DNA of 64,000 nucleotides from Yuukianura sp. NJ FZ-2021 (GCA_046563655.1 CM102289.1:4154001-4218000); one strand, 5' to 3'. Positions 1-14,194 are shown, counted from the first letter of the stretch. Notes: generated by a model not told the origin, from the sequence alone. Translations and numbers: made by a program.

Positions 1-733
1 AAAAGCCGAATTTACACACCTTTCGATTAGTCTCCAGCAATCTTTGCTGTTTAAATAAAATACAAATAAAATACAGTTTTAGAAAGTTGAAATTACTAAT
101 TTACAAATTGTGATTTCAGTATTTTTTTTTATTCAAATGCACAATGACCATGAAAGTCTGGTTTTTGTGGTAGATTGATGCTGTTCGTAAATTTGAAGTC
201 GTTGATGTACAGTACACTGCTAATTTGCATTTTTCTGAAATATCTATGTAGCTCAATAATTTGGTTATGAAACATCGAACCCATCGAACAAAAGACTACT
301 ACATATGGTAACACTGTTCCCTTTGTGAAATTGTCGGCTTGTATTATCACTCAGGGCACAAACTATAGCTATGTTCAGTCCCAGCAAATATCGCTCATCC
401 ACTGTGAAACACGTAATGAATTTCAAAAGCAATGCTATAATTTATTTTACATATGTTGTATATTTTAGGTTATGACGAATTAACCCGACACTTTCCTATT
501 CAACGATGTGCAGTACATTATTAGCATCGTAAAAGGCGTTGAATTATGGCTCACTTTATTAATGTTGGCTATAAGTAAAGTTCACATTATAAACATCGCA
601 GGAAATTTTACGTTTGTTGCAAATGGCCGAAAATAACAACTAAACTACATCGGCAAAATTTAATTTGTTAAGTATAAATTCTGCATAGATCGAAATATAT
701 TTTTTTTGGACTGGGTTGTGACTTTTTACAAAA

Positions 734-1640
734 TTATTTTCCAAGTCCGCCAGCAATGAACCCGCCTCTAGGCTTCGGCAAATTCTTCTTGCTACCTGCA
801 TTGCTCAATGCTGATGTGGTACCCACATTCGCTTTGCAGTCTGAAATGACGGCCTTTTCCAACCAAATCTTATCATCTTGGCTACTGACATGCTCTTTGT
901 CGCTACTGAAATCATTTTTCGCCAAGTGCTCCTCAATTTCCTTGCGGCTCTTGTCAGAAAGCTCCGTTCCAAGTGGGGTATGAACTTGCCAAAATGCGTC
1001 AGTCCCAAAATTGCAACCAAAAAATAGGATGTACGTTTTGTTATCCGTTTTCGTCATGACAAAATCCCCGTAAACTAAATACGAAATGGCAATCTAAGTA
1101 TAAACCTAAATTTTATGATTACATTTCAAGTTGTAGTTGTACTAACGTTTAAACGCATCTTCCGCTGGTGTACCCTCGGTTCGAACAAACGCTTTGAACT
1201 GATTGATTCGATTGTACTTGAATTCAACGGTCAATACTAGCTTATGAACCATAACTTTGTAAGTGGCTGTCATACACATCTTGTGCTTCAGAGTCATGTT
1301 CTCGGGCGGTGGTGGTGGAGCACTGAATCCCTGCTTGACTGAATACTTTGATCCCATTGGGTTGTCCATACCTTCCTCCGCAAATTTGAAAAACTTGAAT
1401 TGTGAAAGAAACAAAATTTTAGATAAACTGTAAACACAATAAATCTTATACAACATTTGCAATATAAGCAGAGTATTTTCGAATTTTTGATGTTGAATCC
1501 GAAAACATTACCCAATCGTCATCAACGTCAACTGGATCATGCTCTTTGCATTTTGTGCCTTTTGGAACCTTGGCTCCTGCATAGCCTTGATCAACCAAAA
1601 ACCCAAAGCACAAAAAGAGACACAAAGTTAAACAATTCAT
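734..1640 (-). CDS. Secreted lipocalin-like protein, 3 exons (1640-1452, 1393-1147, 1074-734)
   Basis: Signal peptide MNCLTLCLFLCFGFLVDQGYA. GT-AG introns of 58 and 72 nt join three ORF-track fragments in frame. DFVMTKTDNKTYILFFGC resembles the lipocalin TDY..Y....C motif. Confidence 0.6.
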
Positions 1641-2283
1641 TTCTCTTGTGAGTTTCGCAAAGGTTCTTAAGTTTTAGAGTAGGGAAGATTTTCTTAGCGC
1701 TTGTGTGTACTAATAGATTAGGATTGAAGTCAAAGTGTTAGCAGCGCTTTAAGAATTAATTTTCGTTATTCGCAGTTAACTGGTAGCATTTAACGTGCTA
1801 TAAACCGTATTATGAATGATTTTAACGGCCAGTGATTTGTCCTTGGAGTTTTTAACTACCCTATTATGAAATGTTGATTTCATAAAAATTTTAGAAATTT
1901 TAAGTGTATTTTTATTTCTAATTGTTTGCTGAGTTACTGTCACACGTCGCGGTTTAATTTCCTACACTGCAAGAAAAGCGAAAACCTGCTTCAGTAGTTT
2001 ATTCTCAAACGGACTAATCATGCAATCGACAAGAAAATCTGTGCTGTATGAACAAAGGTTTACGTTTAACACATGAAAAGTTTACAAGTAAATTAAATCA
2101 ACTTTTTTAATTTAAAAAATAATTTATAATTTATCATTCCAAGTCTTATTTGAATGATTTTTTTTATTTCGTGCTTCATAAATATTTTTAACTCATTGCT
2201 TATTCATTAATTCAATTTTTTCACATTGTAGTTTTGGTAAAATGGTTTCTCTCTTAAAAACACTAAGGAAACATGCTGCATCC

Positions 2284-2536
2284 AATTGTGCCAGTTGAAT
2301 TGCAGAAACTATTATTGAAACAGCAACTGAAATGTGCCAACTGGAGTTGTAGCAACGCTCGACTGTGCCGACAGCTACTTATATCAAAGAAGCTAACCAT
2401 ACCTACCCCAAGCTGAGTTAAACATGTCCTGCGTTGACACAATTACTAACCGTTGACACACTGACCAGGTGACACAATTCTAGTTGACACAATCCAGTTG
2501 ATACAATGGCTGTTGCTACAATTCAATTGACACAAA
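2284..2536. repeat. Degenerate palindromic (foldback-like) MITE remnant
   Basis: About 7 degenerate GTTGACACA subrepeats at 2433-2533. 2284-2310 is an imperfect reverse complement of 2510-2536. Confidence 0.45.
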
Positions 2537-2635
2537 ATGAAGTGCTCGAATTTTTTTACGTCATATATTTTCAATGTCTCTCCTTATACTTACAACCTTG
2601 TCATTATATAATGAAACCGGGACAATAGGGTTAGA

Positions 2636-3916
2636 TCATGCCTGAAGCCCAAGTAATTTACCAACTGTGGTAACCTGCGCATTAGCTCCAATTGAAACCG
2701 GGCTGAGATTGGCCAATGCCGACAACCCATTGGTGACAGAGGGACCTCCAGTATTACCAGTATTCCCAGCTAACGTGTTAACCATGTCCCCCAATAATGC
2801 TCCGACGGGCACTACCGATATCCCTACACCGGCAGTAGTTGAAGATGGTTTGGCTGGTGCTGCGGTAGTTGAAGATGGTTTGGCTGGTGCTGCGGTAGTT
2901 GAAGATGGTTTGGCTGGTGCTGCGGTAGTTGAAGATGGTTTAGCTGGTGCCGCAGTGGTTGAAGATGGTTTGGCTGGTGCTGCGGTAGTTGAAGATGGTT
3001 TGGCTGGTGCTGCGGTAGTTGAAGATGGTTTGGCTGGTGCTGCGGTAGTTGAAGATGGTTTGGCTGGTGCTGCGGTAGTTGAAGATGGTTTGGCTGGTGC
3101 CGCAGTGGTTGAAGATGGTTTGGCTGGTGCTGCGGTAGTTGAAGATGGTTTGGCTGGTGCTGCGGTAGTTGAAGATGGTTTGGCTGGTGCTGCGGTAGTT
3201 GAAGATGGTTTAGCTGGTGCCGCAGTGGTTGAAGATGGTTTGGCTGGTGCTGCGGTAGTTGAAGATGGTTTGGCTGGTGCTGCGGTAGTTGAAGATGGTT
3301 TGGCTGGTGCTGCGGTAGTTGAAGATGGTTTAGCTGGTGCTGCGGTAGTTGAAGATGGTTTGGCTGGTGCTGCGGTAGTTGAAGATGGTTTAGCTGGTGC
3401 CGCAGTGGTTGAAGATGGTTTGGCTGGTGCTGCGGTAGTTGAAGATGGTTTGGCTGGTGCTGCGGTAGTTGAAGATGGTTTGGCTGGTGCTGCGGTAGTT
3501 GAAGATGGTTTAGCTGGTGCCGCAGTGGTTGAAGATGGTTCGGATGGTGCCGGAGTAGTTGAAGCAGGGTTGGAGGATGCCGGATTGGCTACAAGGGGGT
3601 TGAGTCCTGCAAGAAGCCCAAGTAAGTTGCCAACTGTGGGAACCTGTGTATTAGCTCCGATTGAAAGTGGACCGAGATTGGCCAAAGCTGACAACCCATT
3701 GGTGACAGAGGGACCTCCAGTGTTGCCAGTATTCCCAGCTAACGTGCCCCCCAATAATGCTCCGACGGGCGCTACCGACAACCCTACACTCGGGAGGCTA
3801 GCACCAGCGGATACTAACGGACTAGACTGTAACGGGTTGAGTAGCCCTGTGCCTCTTAAATAAAAAGCTTGCACCGAAGTACAGGCAAAAAGGGCGAGAA
3901 AAATGTGGAAGTGCAT
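2636..3916 (-). CDS. Secreted mucin-like protein with PAKPSSTTAA tandem repeats flanked by a duplicated Gly/Leu-rich domain
   Basis: ATG at 3916 gives the signal peptide MHFHIFLALFACTSVQA. Single exon with a Ser/Thr/Pro/Ala repeat core. Confidence 0.8.
   Translation of the reverse strand: MHFHIFLALFACTSVQAFYLRGTGLLNPLQSSPLVSAGASLPSVGLSVAPVGALLGGTLAGNTGNTGGPSVTNGLSALANLGPLSIGANTQVPTVGNLLGLLAGLNPLVANPASSNPASTTPAPSEPSSTTAAPAKPSSTTAAPAKPSSTTAAPAKPSSTTAAPAKPSSTTAAPAKPSSTTAAPAKPSSTTAAPAKPSSTTAAPAKPSSTTAAPAKPSSTTAAPAKPSSTTAAPAKPSSTTAAPAKPSSTTAAPAKPSSTTAAPAKPSSTTAAPAKPSSTTAAPAKPSSTTAAPAKPSSTTAAPAKPSSTTAAPAKPSSTTAAPAKPSSTTAAPAKPSSTTAAPAKPSSTTAAPAKPSSTTAGVGISVVPVGALLGDMVNTLAGNTGNTGGPSVTNGLSALANLSPVSIGANAQVTTVGKLLGLQA
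2832..3560. repeat. 30-bp coding tandem repeat, 23 PAK-containing units plus degenerate edge units
   Basis: Unit tggctggtgctgcggtagttgaagatggtt. Variants are synonymous on the minus strand. Confidence 0.97.
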
Positions 3917-6900
3917 TACTGATTCGGCGTCAAACGGCACTTGTAAATTTTATGACAAGTTCCGACTTGGCTCGAAAAAAAAAGAACTAAATTTTGAAAA
4001 GTGTGGCAAACATTTTATACAAAACAAAGTTAAGCTAAAGCAATGCTTTAGTAAAGCATGCGTCAGACAAGTGTATTTCGATTTTACCCCTGACAATTTC
4101 GCCAGATTTTTGGAATTCCATTCCTACTAATTTCCAAAATTTAAAAATCAATTTTAATATTGCATAAGTAAAATAACTCTACTTTCCGTATTTCGTAATT
4201 AATGAGTTTGTTTAATTATTATGTTACATATTTTAATAGTTCAGGTTTTATGACTATGTCTGGTTGATTAGGATAGTTTTGAAAACTTAAATGTGATATA
4301 GGCTTTACGCAGAACATCCAACAAAATAAATTTGGAATGCAGAACAGTTGCTTACGTCCTACCAAGCATAGATTTCAAAGTCAAATAAAAAATTAAATAA
4401 AATTACGAACTCTCAATCCCATAATAGGCTTATGAATTCCACGTGATTCCATGCCACAAACAGTGTGATCGAACATAATCAAAAATGTATTGTTGCATGT
4501 TGTTTTTAAAAAATGTGTTTTTCATTTTCCAAATTGATAGCTCAATTTTTATTTTTAAAATTCTGCGCCCATGTATTTGACGTAGTTTGTCAGTTTGCGT
4601 CAGTGTATAACTTTGGCATTGATATCCTTGTTAAATCGACATAAATCGAATACCTCTAATCACCACACTCCTGTCGAAATTTAAGTTGTTTTCAAAGTTG
4701 GATCTGCACTTTTTAATCTAAAAGCTTACTTTACAAGAACGTTAATAAAAATTATTCAAACTCAAAACGAAATACTTTTTATTGAAGATAAGAACAGAAA
4801 ACATATCACCACTTTGTTTTTTTAATACTTTTTGTAACATCTCCTAAAACCGTTTTTACCTGACAAAAACTCAAAGTTTTTTTTTTCAAAAGTGTTTTTA
4901 GAAAGCAATTACAGGTACGAACACTATTAAAATGATTTAGAAAGGTACGCATTTTGTAAATTCCTGCAGTTTCTTACGGGATTAACGTAAAATATATCAT
5001 TTACAATACTCTGATTTTGGAACGATATGAAGTGTCACACTAATTCGATACCGGGAAAAATACATTATGTTATTGCTAGTAGTCTACTCCTGCTACAAAC
5101 AGTTCACTGAATAAGTGAACATTCAAAACCTGTTGAAACATTGCTTAACATGGTGTGATACGGTGTGTTACAATTTTAGACCTTCTGGTGCATGCTATTA
5201 AAATACTGAAAGATGTGTCTTTGCTTTATTCTATGAATGTACAGATCTGAAAGTAGAATTCAAAAGTAGAAAATTTTTAGAACCATACTGCATCACTAAC
5301 TGCGTTCCGCTTTGGTGACGCTTCGCTTTGAGTGTCGTAGTAGATTCGCGAGATGTCTGGGAAAACGACTGTCAGTTCATGTAGGTAAGTGGCTACAAGA
5401 GTCATTCCCACTATCTTCCCAATCAATTGCAGCACGCTGAAGCTTACTGTAATGGTGACTGTCGTTCCGAGTTGCGCAATGAAGTAGAGAATCACGAGTT
5501 TGCTCACAAGAAGTATAAGAATAAAGAAGGAAGTCTTGAGCCAAAGACGGCAAGAACCGAGACTTTTAGTTGCTTCAGACTATACTCAAAACATTTCAAA
5601 TTACAGGGGCTGTTAATGCATTTAATTAATGTACATTTAAATGAACTAATTTAAAAATTGTGTAACTGAAGATAAATTAGGTTCAAACAAGTTTAATGTT
5701 TACCTGGGTTGAAGTTCCTCTGTAGAGCCCCACCGCCACAAAGAGTTGAAGAGTGTTACAAGTGTAAATGCCAATCCACGCCATTACCACGATATAACCA
5801 AATAGACCCACTGCAATTTTATATTATATATTATTATATTATTTTTAAAAGTTTAGACAAAGGAAATTACATCCTTTCTCAAGTTTACTAACAACGGAGT
5901 TTATAAAACATTAAAAGTTGAATTAGGTTACTAACCTAACTAACCTAACCATTCATCAAAAGGATTTCCACTTTCAAATTTTTCAGAAACAAAAATTCTA
6001 AAGGTATTTTGAAAATTGTAATTTGAAAATTCCAAGAGGATAAGGTGAAGTCCATTCCTACAACCCCGTACTCCGTGTTGACATAAAAGTTTAAACTAGG
6101 AATTACTTTAAAGTTTCGTGAAGATAGGTGATAAGGGGAAATGATTTTCTATGGCTTAGCTAGTTTAGTCCACTCACATCCCACCGGTGACAATGGCATC
6201 ATCTTCTTGTCTCCATGAATCTCTTGGGCAAAGATTGTGTAGCTGTGAAACCCCAGCATCCCGAGCGCATCCATCTGAAATCAATCCGAGAAAACCCTTC
6301 AACCACCCACTGAATTCAACATGACAAAACCGCAGGTTCTCAAATCTCAACTTTGATTTCGAGAAAAGGATTACGCGCCATTTGGACGAGAGATTGGAAG
6401 GACCGGATTTGGAGGTGCTTTCTCTGAGGACACAGAAGGTGCAATTTGGATTCTAAGAGCTTCTTCTAGTGTCTAGAATTGGAAATTTAAGGAGGTTTGA
6501 CAGCAGTGTCTGCAGAGCTGTGCAGGGTTTGTGAGACTTTCTGGAAGAGACCTTCTCCCGTCCCTTGGGACTTTTCCAGAAATGAATTTTTAATGCTATT
6601 CATATGAAAAGAGAACCGAAAAAGCATTTTCATGCTCATTAGACTTTATATAGAACACAAGGGTTGTGATGTGGTAAGACCCAAATTAGCAACATGCCAG
6701 TCAAGTAGGCTTACGCTGCTAATGTACGGTGTTCTCTTTTAATAAATCAATACAGTATTATGTAACACGTAAGCGTTTTTGTATTGTAAGAAAAGTTGTG
6801 CGTGGACGCTACATGACATTTTCAGCTTGCAACTAATTTTAAACATCGCAAAAAAATGATTTTTTTTGCTGTTATCAAGGTTCTAGTTCTAGAATTACTT

Positions 6901-7764
6901 CAGTATGTTAGGAATTGACTTATTTTGTTGTTAGTGTTATTTCAAACCTAAATTATAAATATTTTGAAAAACACAAAACTTTTTGGTCTTTCTCTTATTA
7001 GTAACACGAGCTGTTCTCTTGCAAGGAAATAACAGACTCATGTGGTTAAGCACGCACTCAAAATTTTAATTAAAATTGTTGATTCGCTCAGTTTTGGTTG
7101 AAGTACCATCAAAACAAGATGATTAAGTTAAAACAGAACCAAGTAATACAATATATACAATATAGAAGTTTTTGTTTCAAAATGCAGCATGTATTTAGTA
7201 ACTTCACGCAACATTTGAATTTTGATTTGTAGTTTAAAAATATACCATTAATCATTCCCACACTTCGAGCGATTTGAGTGCAAAACGCGTCGCCGTTTTA
7301 TTGCCAAAACTTTGTTTTATTTATTATAATATGATTTTTGCTATACTTCTACCAACACTTACGACGTCGAGGATTGCAACTATTTTGCAGGGCATTCTAT
7401 ACTTCAGTTCCTCTGTGTTGATACGGCGATCCATGTCCGCCGTTTCTGGCCACATTTCCATTAAGTCAACTTTGATTTCCGTTCCGGTTGTTTACTTTTT
7501 GTGAGATGGTTGTTACTTCTGCCAAAAACAAATAATATATAAAAGTGATTGAAAAAAAATGAGTTTTCGGGGAATAGAAATACAGTGAGCAATTGAAGGC
7601 AAAAAAAGAAACTTTTTTAAAACTATTTGCAATTGTATCTTAACGACACAACGCCGCCACAACGCAAGATATGGTAACCTTTCTAAATTTGCCCTTTGCA
7701 AAGGTATAACTTTTACTTGAGTTCTACAAATATGCTGCTGTCATGTTTACCTAAAGCATAAAAT

Positions 7765-7918
7765 CGTTCGATGCCATTGTTTCGAATGAATAGCTTCTAA
7801 AGGAAAAACGTCTAAAAATTGCTTCTGAAAAATGTATCATTTAAAATTATTAGAAACAAATTTTTGAAGCAATTCTCCTTTAGAAGCAATTCATTTTAGA
7901 ACTAATGGGGTCCTTCCG
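7765..7918. mobile_element. Small palindromic MITE-like element, copy 1 (family shared with 50774-50937)
   Basis: Starts gttcgatgcca.tgtttc.aatgaat with ttctaa/ttagaa inverted subrepeats. A homologous copy lies 43 kb away. Confidence 0.55.
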
Positions 7919-10900
7919 AATAAAATAGAGTTCGTAATACGTGGTAGCATGAAACATACAAAAATTATTAATAGTACTAACCTAATTATAACTTGATTGG
8001 GTTTATTGATTGATAATCGGAGTTAGCTTCGATTGTTCTATCGTTAGGTGGAAGAATAATACTGTTTGGTACGCTATAGCGTACCATCGCCTAACCTAGG
8101 CTGGTCGAAGTAAATTTTTACGTAAACATTTACCTGCCTTTGAATATGACTTACGGAACAAAGGTTAACTTTACCTTATTTATTAGCAGGTAAATTCCTG
8201 TGTTTTTGTGGGTTTGAGGTTCAGAATTCTGAGGTTCTCATTTTTATTCTTTGGCAACAGTTTTGTTGACTTTTGCGGAGAACTTCTTTGTTTGACTTTC
8301 ACCCTGTTTTCACTGTCACTTCCGACTACTTCCAACGCCTGTGGAGATCTGAGCACAGCCAAAGTGTTTTCCTGTAATTTTACCAGTGTCCCAGTGCGAG
8401 CTTTCAGGTTTTCTCAAAGAACCACCAAGTAAACTGTCTTAGACGTAAACACTCTCCATAGACTTCCGAAGCAACTCAACAAAATTAAAAGAGCCTTCAG
8501 TCTTTTGTTTCAACCTTCGACCTCAGTCTGAATGAAAATCCCTTGCGTTTCCCTGGAAAGGATGTATGCGACTGAACTGAAGAGGAAGACTGAAATGGAA
8601 ACTGGGAAAGCACTTCTTCCTCGGGGAAATCTACTTTCTCCGTCTTCCATCCCAATTCTACTGTCATGCATGTTCACATCAAATGCCACCCTCAGCGTTC
8701 CTTCCATTCTCCCTTCGTTAGCTCGCACCACACTCTTGACTTGTACTGACTCCTTGTGGAAAATTTTGAATTTCAAATACGAACATTTGCTAGATCAAAA
8801 ACAAAACTATCGAAACTGGAACAGGATTCTCCGGCGGCAGAAACTCATTTGCTTTGTTGTTGTACAAAATCATTTTTGTGACAGATTTAGATCAAATTAC
8901 AGCATAGTTCTACCTAAGAAGCGCAAGGTTTATTTCAATTTAAAAGAGACAAGATTTACGAAAAACTTTAAACGGAAGAATAATTGAGTGACGCGGTGCG
9001 ACAATAACAGAACAAAATTACAAAACCCGAATTTTTTGCCTCATTGTTTAGTAAATCATTCTACTGATTTTGTGGTATTTAGTATGATGAACATTTTATA
9101 TAATATGTTTATAAGTTTGTGTTTTGTTCAGATCCAGAACATCAAACCGGGGTTATTGTTCCGTGAAATAAATTCGGGCTTTTTGTCCTATCAGTGTAAC
9201 TAAATTTTATCTAGGTCAGGACAGAAACACACTGAAAAAAGATTAAACAGTAGCAAAAAAGGACCATTTTCCAAAGAAGCTTAATTCATTGCCTCCGAGT
9301 TTTCATTCGTCATCAAACTAACGTAAGTCCAAACTTTACTTTTTAATCCTTTGAATGTTGGCTTTTTCCGTTCCGTCGTCGAGAAGTTTCTGAAGCAGAA
9401 ACTCAATTTTGTTTAATCCTTTTATTGACTCCGACTGCTAGTGGTGGTGTTGCTAGAAGGCATTAGAAGAGTCACTGAGTAGTCGTATTTCTTTCCAAAA
9501 TTTGTCTGACTTTCTCTTTTCCAGTTTGCTGTAGTTTCACATTTCCAAACACGTGCTACATGGCCAAAAGTGCAGATTTCCTTCCCATCCGGCGTCTCTT
9601 TTGCCACTTCAAAAAGAATAAGCTTGATACTTAAACGAAGACTGACGGCAAGGCTCCGTTTCTTTTCTTTGTCTTCGTCATTGACTCTGACTTCATTTGA
9701 TGGCACGGCTGCTTCGTTCCCACTGACAAATCTTCCTGAAAAGCCTCAAATCCACTTGGTGCTTTCTCCGACGAGTCTTTGAGTTCGATTCCTGCTCAGT
9801 GGAAAATTGTTTCAAGAAGGAAGGAGCGTTAGGGATTTTACGATTGTCAGGATTCCGAAGCCCTTGGGTGTCAACTTGGTGAAAGTGGATCGAATGCCAA
9901 ATGAAGGAAATAACAAGGCGGACTGAGAGGTGGAAAAAGCAAGCAACTTTCCTTTTTCAGGGCCAATTATATGGAAAGTTTCCAAAAGTCCTTCCAGAAG
10001 ACAGAAACCGGTAACAAGTTTGGAAAATCTCATTTTCTGCTCAATTATCCCACTGACTTCCCTGAGCCTTCTTGAAATTCAAATTTCCTTCTTGATTAAA
10101 CTCCAGCGCATTTACTTCTTAGCTCTTCTGAACTTGGCTGTTAGCCTCGGAAGCACAAAAGTGATATAAGTTAGAATTGGGCTAATTGATCAGGGACAGC
10201 CGCACAACAAAAAATAAAGAAAAAGCTTGGCAACTAAACTTTTTCTCCGTTTTTCATTTCTAATTTTGAATAAGCTAGCTGAATGTCAACTGTTCTGTTT
10301 TTAATTTGAAAAAATCTGGTGTTTTTTTTTCCAGTTGGCTTAAGTTTTTTTCAGATTTTCTGCTGAAATCATTTTTAATTAACCCAACTTAAAACGACGC
10401 ACAAGAGAGTGGGCTGTTGGATTTAAAACTTTTGTTCTTGCTATGAATTTTTTATTTGCCTACTATTTTATCAACTAAAATGCAAAGTATTTTAAAGTTG
10501 TTTAATTCTGAACTATTTTAAACTCGAGTGCCTAATTTGGTCGTACTTCACTAGATTTTCAAAAGTTTTTTTTTTGTAAGTATGGGCAAAAATTCGAAGC
10601 CATCTGAAATGAGAAATGCAGGAAAGTTTTCTTTTTAAAAGTTTCGCTTTGAATATTTGGCTAGAAAAAGTTTTGATCGCGAAGCCTTGGAGTTTTCACA
10701 TCCTTCCTGAAAGGAAACTAACAACTGCGGAACTTCTATCTCTCTTCTGCGAGTTTGAAATCCAAATTCAACATCATTTCCCCCCGCAGAGACGTCTCTT
10801 CCGTCAAAGTCAAATTCAAAAACTCCACGCTGAAAAAGAAAAAAAGCGAAGAGTTTTTTTTTATTATTGGAAAAATTGAAAAAGGAACTCCCGGGCTTCA

Positions 10901-12917
10901 CCTGTTGCCGACGTCAATTTTTCCGTTTTGATTAACGATCTAGGACTCAAGGGTTTTCAAGAACTTTTCAGAAATTTTGTCTTGCATAGAAAACGAGAAT
11001 AGAGAAAAAGTTTGACGTTTAGGAACAAAATGAAGGGCTTTACGTAGGGAAGCCAAACTATTAAAAATGCTGAGATGGGAGTCACGTACAAACTATATAC
11101 TATGCGCCTCGAATCCTTTATGTCGAGTCTTTCCAATGTTCAACCTTGTGGAAGATGATGAGGGAAAAGCGGGTATTTTCAAAGCGTAGAATCAAATGAA
11201 GAGATTGATTTCCTCTGGCAACGGAGAAAGGAATCTGCCATATCATTATTTGCTAGAAACCTTTTTTCGCTGATAGGCAGAACGTAATTCATTAACCGTT
11301 TTGCACAATTCAGAATTCCCGAATTCCTTTCCTTTGTGTTTTGTCTGCAGTTGAAAAACGCTTGATTAAATTTTTATTTCAAACATTGTACTGCCCCAGG
11401 CATTTACATTTTCGTTTTTACAAAGTTTAAACTCGGAATAAAATGAGGTTGGATATTCTATGTGCATGCGGTTTTTTTAAATGTGCTTTTACGTCTAAAT
11501 ATTGAAAACTTTTCTGGGTTACTACATTTTTACATTAAACTATTTTCACTTTATTTCGAGTTTTTTGTTTAAATTTTTAAAGCATTTGATGTAGAGGAAT
11601 ATCATTTGGGATCAGGTGAAAGTAATATATTTGCTTCCTATTGCACCTTACGTACAAAAATTCGATCAGTCAACGTCACTTTGGTTTTCTGTGACAGGGA
11701 TGATAAATCATGTTTAATTTCTCAATATAAACTGACGTGCTTTCAAATATTTATGTCAAAACTGTCAGAAGGGTGGTGGCTTATTCATACTTGCCATTGA
11801 TCCTGATATTTCCAAGACTTAATCACCTTTGTCTTGTTTTTTAATCGTGCCTACATTCTTGTTTTGAAAGTGCGAAAAAGGAAAATCCTTCACACACGAG
11901 CATTCCTTAATATAACCTGTCCTGACAGCGCCTTCAACTGACTTAAGTTTTGAAGAAAATCGAAAAATAATATTTTGAAAATCTTCTTTCTAATTTAATT
12001 CAACCATAGTAATTAGTTAAATATAAATTTAACATCACAGACATCCCAAAGTCATCTATTCCTTTAGAAGGAACTAGTAAAACACGCGCTTCTATTTTCC
12101 AGCTTTGGCCATATATCAACGTCACCGTTGAGGCCGCAGGTAAATCGGAACTTTTACTTGCCAGTGGGAATGGGAAAGTCGTAAAGTAACTTTGGACTAA
12201 TGTATGCGTCCATCACATCGTTTGCCAGGATGAAATTTGGCATGTTAAGCGCCTTACTTTGACTTTCCATTTCACCGAATTTTCCCAAAGTGTGTTTTCT
12301 CTAACTGAAATTCCACATATGGAGAAAGGTGAGTTGGAATTTGTTTCTGGCCTCGAGCCCTTTCCTTTTCGCTTCAATAAAGAACCGGAATGGCGTCTGT
12401 CCAAACTTCCATTTCACTGCTTTGAACCAGTTACGTCCAACACGCGCTCTGGATTTTCAAAGTACCCGGATTTTAGAAGCAGACAAAGACCTACGGCAAT
12501 TCACCTCTGTTACTAACGTCTACTTTTTCTTTTCTGCATAAATGCTTCAGATTGACGAGAGCAGAGAAAGTCAAGTTTGAAGTTTTGACCCTTACGTCAA
12601 TCCCTCAGTTTACGAGAATAATTCAAGCGTATGTTTGTACTCCAGTCTTGTTGAAACGATGATGAGAATTCAATACCCAAATCTAAACCTTAAGCAGGAA
12701 CAGTCGAATCAGAGATTATGTACGCTTCAAAACATACAGAAAATTGTAATACATGTGAAACGGCGTTTGTCGCTTCAAAGCCAATGGGCAGAAATTGCGT
12801 TCTGGGAAAAGTGAAAGCTTGAATAAAAAAAAACCATAAACAAACTATAACAATTTTAGTTTTGTTTTAAATTCCAGGTACCAATTTAATTAAGTAGAAT
12901 TCGTTTTTTATTAGTTT

Positions 12918-14194
12918 CTATTTGTGACCTGCAGTTTCTTGTAGAATTTGAATCATGGTTTTAAGAATTTCGTCTTCGGAACCCATGTATTTCTTGAAGA
13001 CTTCCTGCTCTGTTGGAAGTTGTATGGCGAGTAGTAGTGTCATTTCAGTCCAGAAAAGCGAGTGGTAAGACGATCTTTCTCTAAAGGCTTCAATTACAAT
13101 GGCAATTTCTTCGAGTACTTCACTCACAAAGCTCAAACCGGTTGCATTTCTTCTAACCAAGGCAACAAGCAACTTGCCTACAAATGTTGGTTCGACCTAG
13201 AAAGAAAGCGAAAGTTTTTACAATTTGATTCAAAAGAAAATTTATTTTAGGAACTTATTTAGCAAATATGTTGCTGCACACAAATCTCACCTCGGTAGTG
13301 ATTTCCTCCAGTTTATCAGCAACGTTTCTAGTGCTTGTTATGCCGGCTTCCTTAACTCTAGCATCTATTCGTTTTAGAACTAAAAACAAAAAATTAAAAA
13401 GTCGCTATTAAAAATTCAAAAAATAATCATCGTCGATGGGTTTAAATTTTATGTATTTTAAATTAGTCGAAAGCAATTCTAATTTTGTAATTATAAATGT
13501 AATTGTCACGACATTCAAATTCCGATTGATGAAAAGTAATTATTCTAATGTAGTAATACTAATTACCGTCGGCAACATAGGGTTGGATTGGCTTCAAGAT
13601 TGCTTGAATCCCATGCTGAAAACTACTACGCAGATGAAGATGCTCAGTACCAATTGCAGAGAGAAGTTCCACCAGCAACGGTTGTCTTAGACGTCGTTCC
13701 CATGGCAACGCGCCTGCTTCCCATCGTGCGATGACCAACTCCCATAAGCTTTGAATTCTGGCGCCAGTTGAAACCTGTTCGTTAACAAGGTTTTCCGATG
13801 TTTGAATCCATCCTTCTTCTAAAGATTCCTTCAATTCTTCATCGAGTGAACGCTCCAAAGCCTCCAATAAGGATGCAAATAAAACACGACCCTCTGAACA
13901 AATTTGACAAAAAAAAAGTCCAATCTTGAAATTATTTTCTATCGTTTAATTTGTTGACATTGTTTTCACTTCTGTTATTGGTTGGAAAATTCAAGTTGTA
14001 CCATTTAGTAGTGCGTTGAGTTTTCGTTGATACACTTGATCAACATAAATTTCAGGTGAGTCTAAGGGACATCTCCGTAAGGCTACGGGTGCGAATGTCC
14101 AACTTGGAAGCTCATTTGAAAAAGAGTCACTTTGCGCAGTATCAAATGAAAATAATACAAACAGCGACAGCGCTACTGATAAGATCACATGCAT
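12918..14194 (-). CDS. Secreted, probably all-helical protein of unknown function, 4 exons
   Basis: Signal peptide MHVILSVALSLFVLFSFDTAQS. GT-AG introns join ...LLN-E-GRVLFASLLEAL...YVAD-V-LKRIDARVKEAG...EITTE-VEPTFVGKLL...ETAGHK* in frame. Confidence 0.75.

Noticed and set aside
129..420. Possible lipocalin-like C-terminal remnant
   Set aside because: The frame is broken and no upstream exons were identified.
2832..3560. Regular 30-bp repeats as a CRISPR array
   Set aside because: No unique spacers, coding, and eukaryotic context. The same applies to the TTCGTAAAC array at 35850-36640, which belongs to transposon TIRs.
2667..3863. 398-aa plus-strand ORF of AGAAVVEDGL repeats
   Set aside because: Antisense shadow of the mucin-like gene, which has the ATG and signal peptide.
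5277..5507. 76-aa hydrophobic ORF
   Set aside because: Possible small membrane or secreted peptide, but there is no paralog, motif or splice support.
8200..12540. GC-richer blocks with short ORFs on both strands and a 20-bp perfect palindrome nearby (8067-8086)
   Set aside because: No recognisable motif or consistent splice model; left unassigned.
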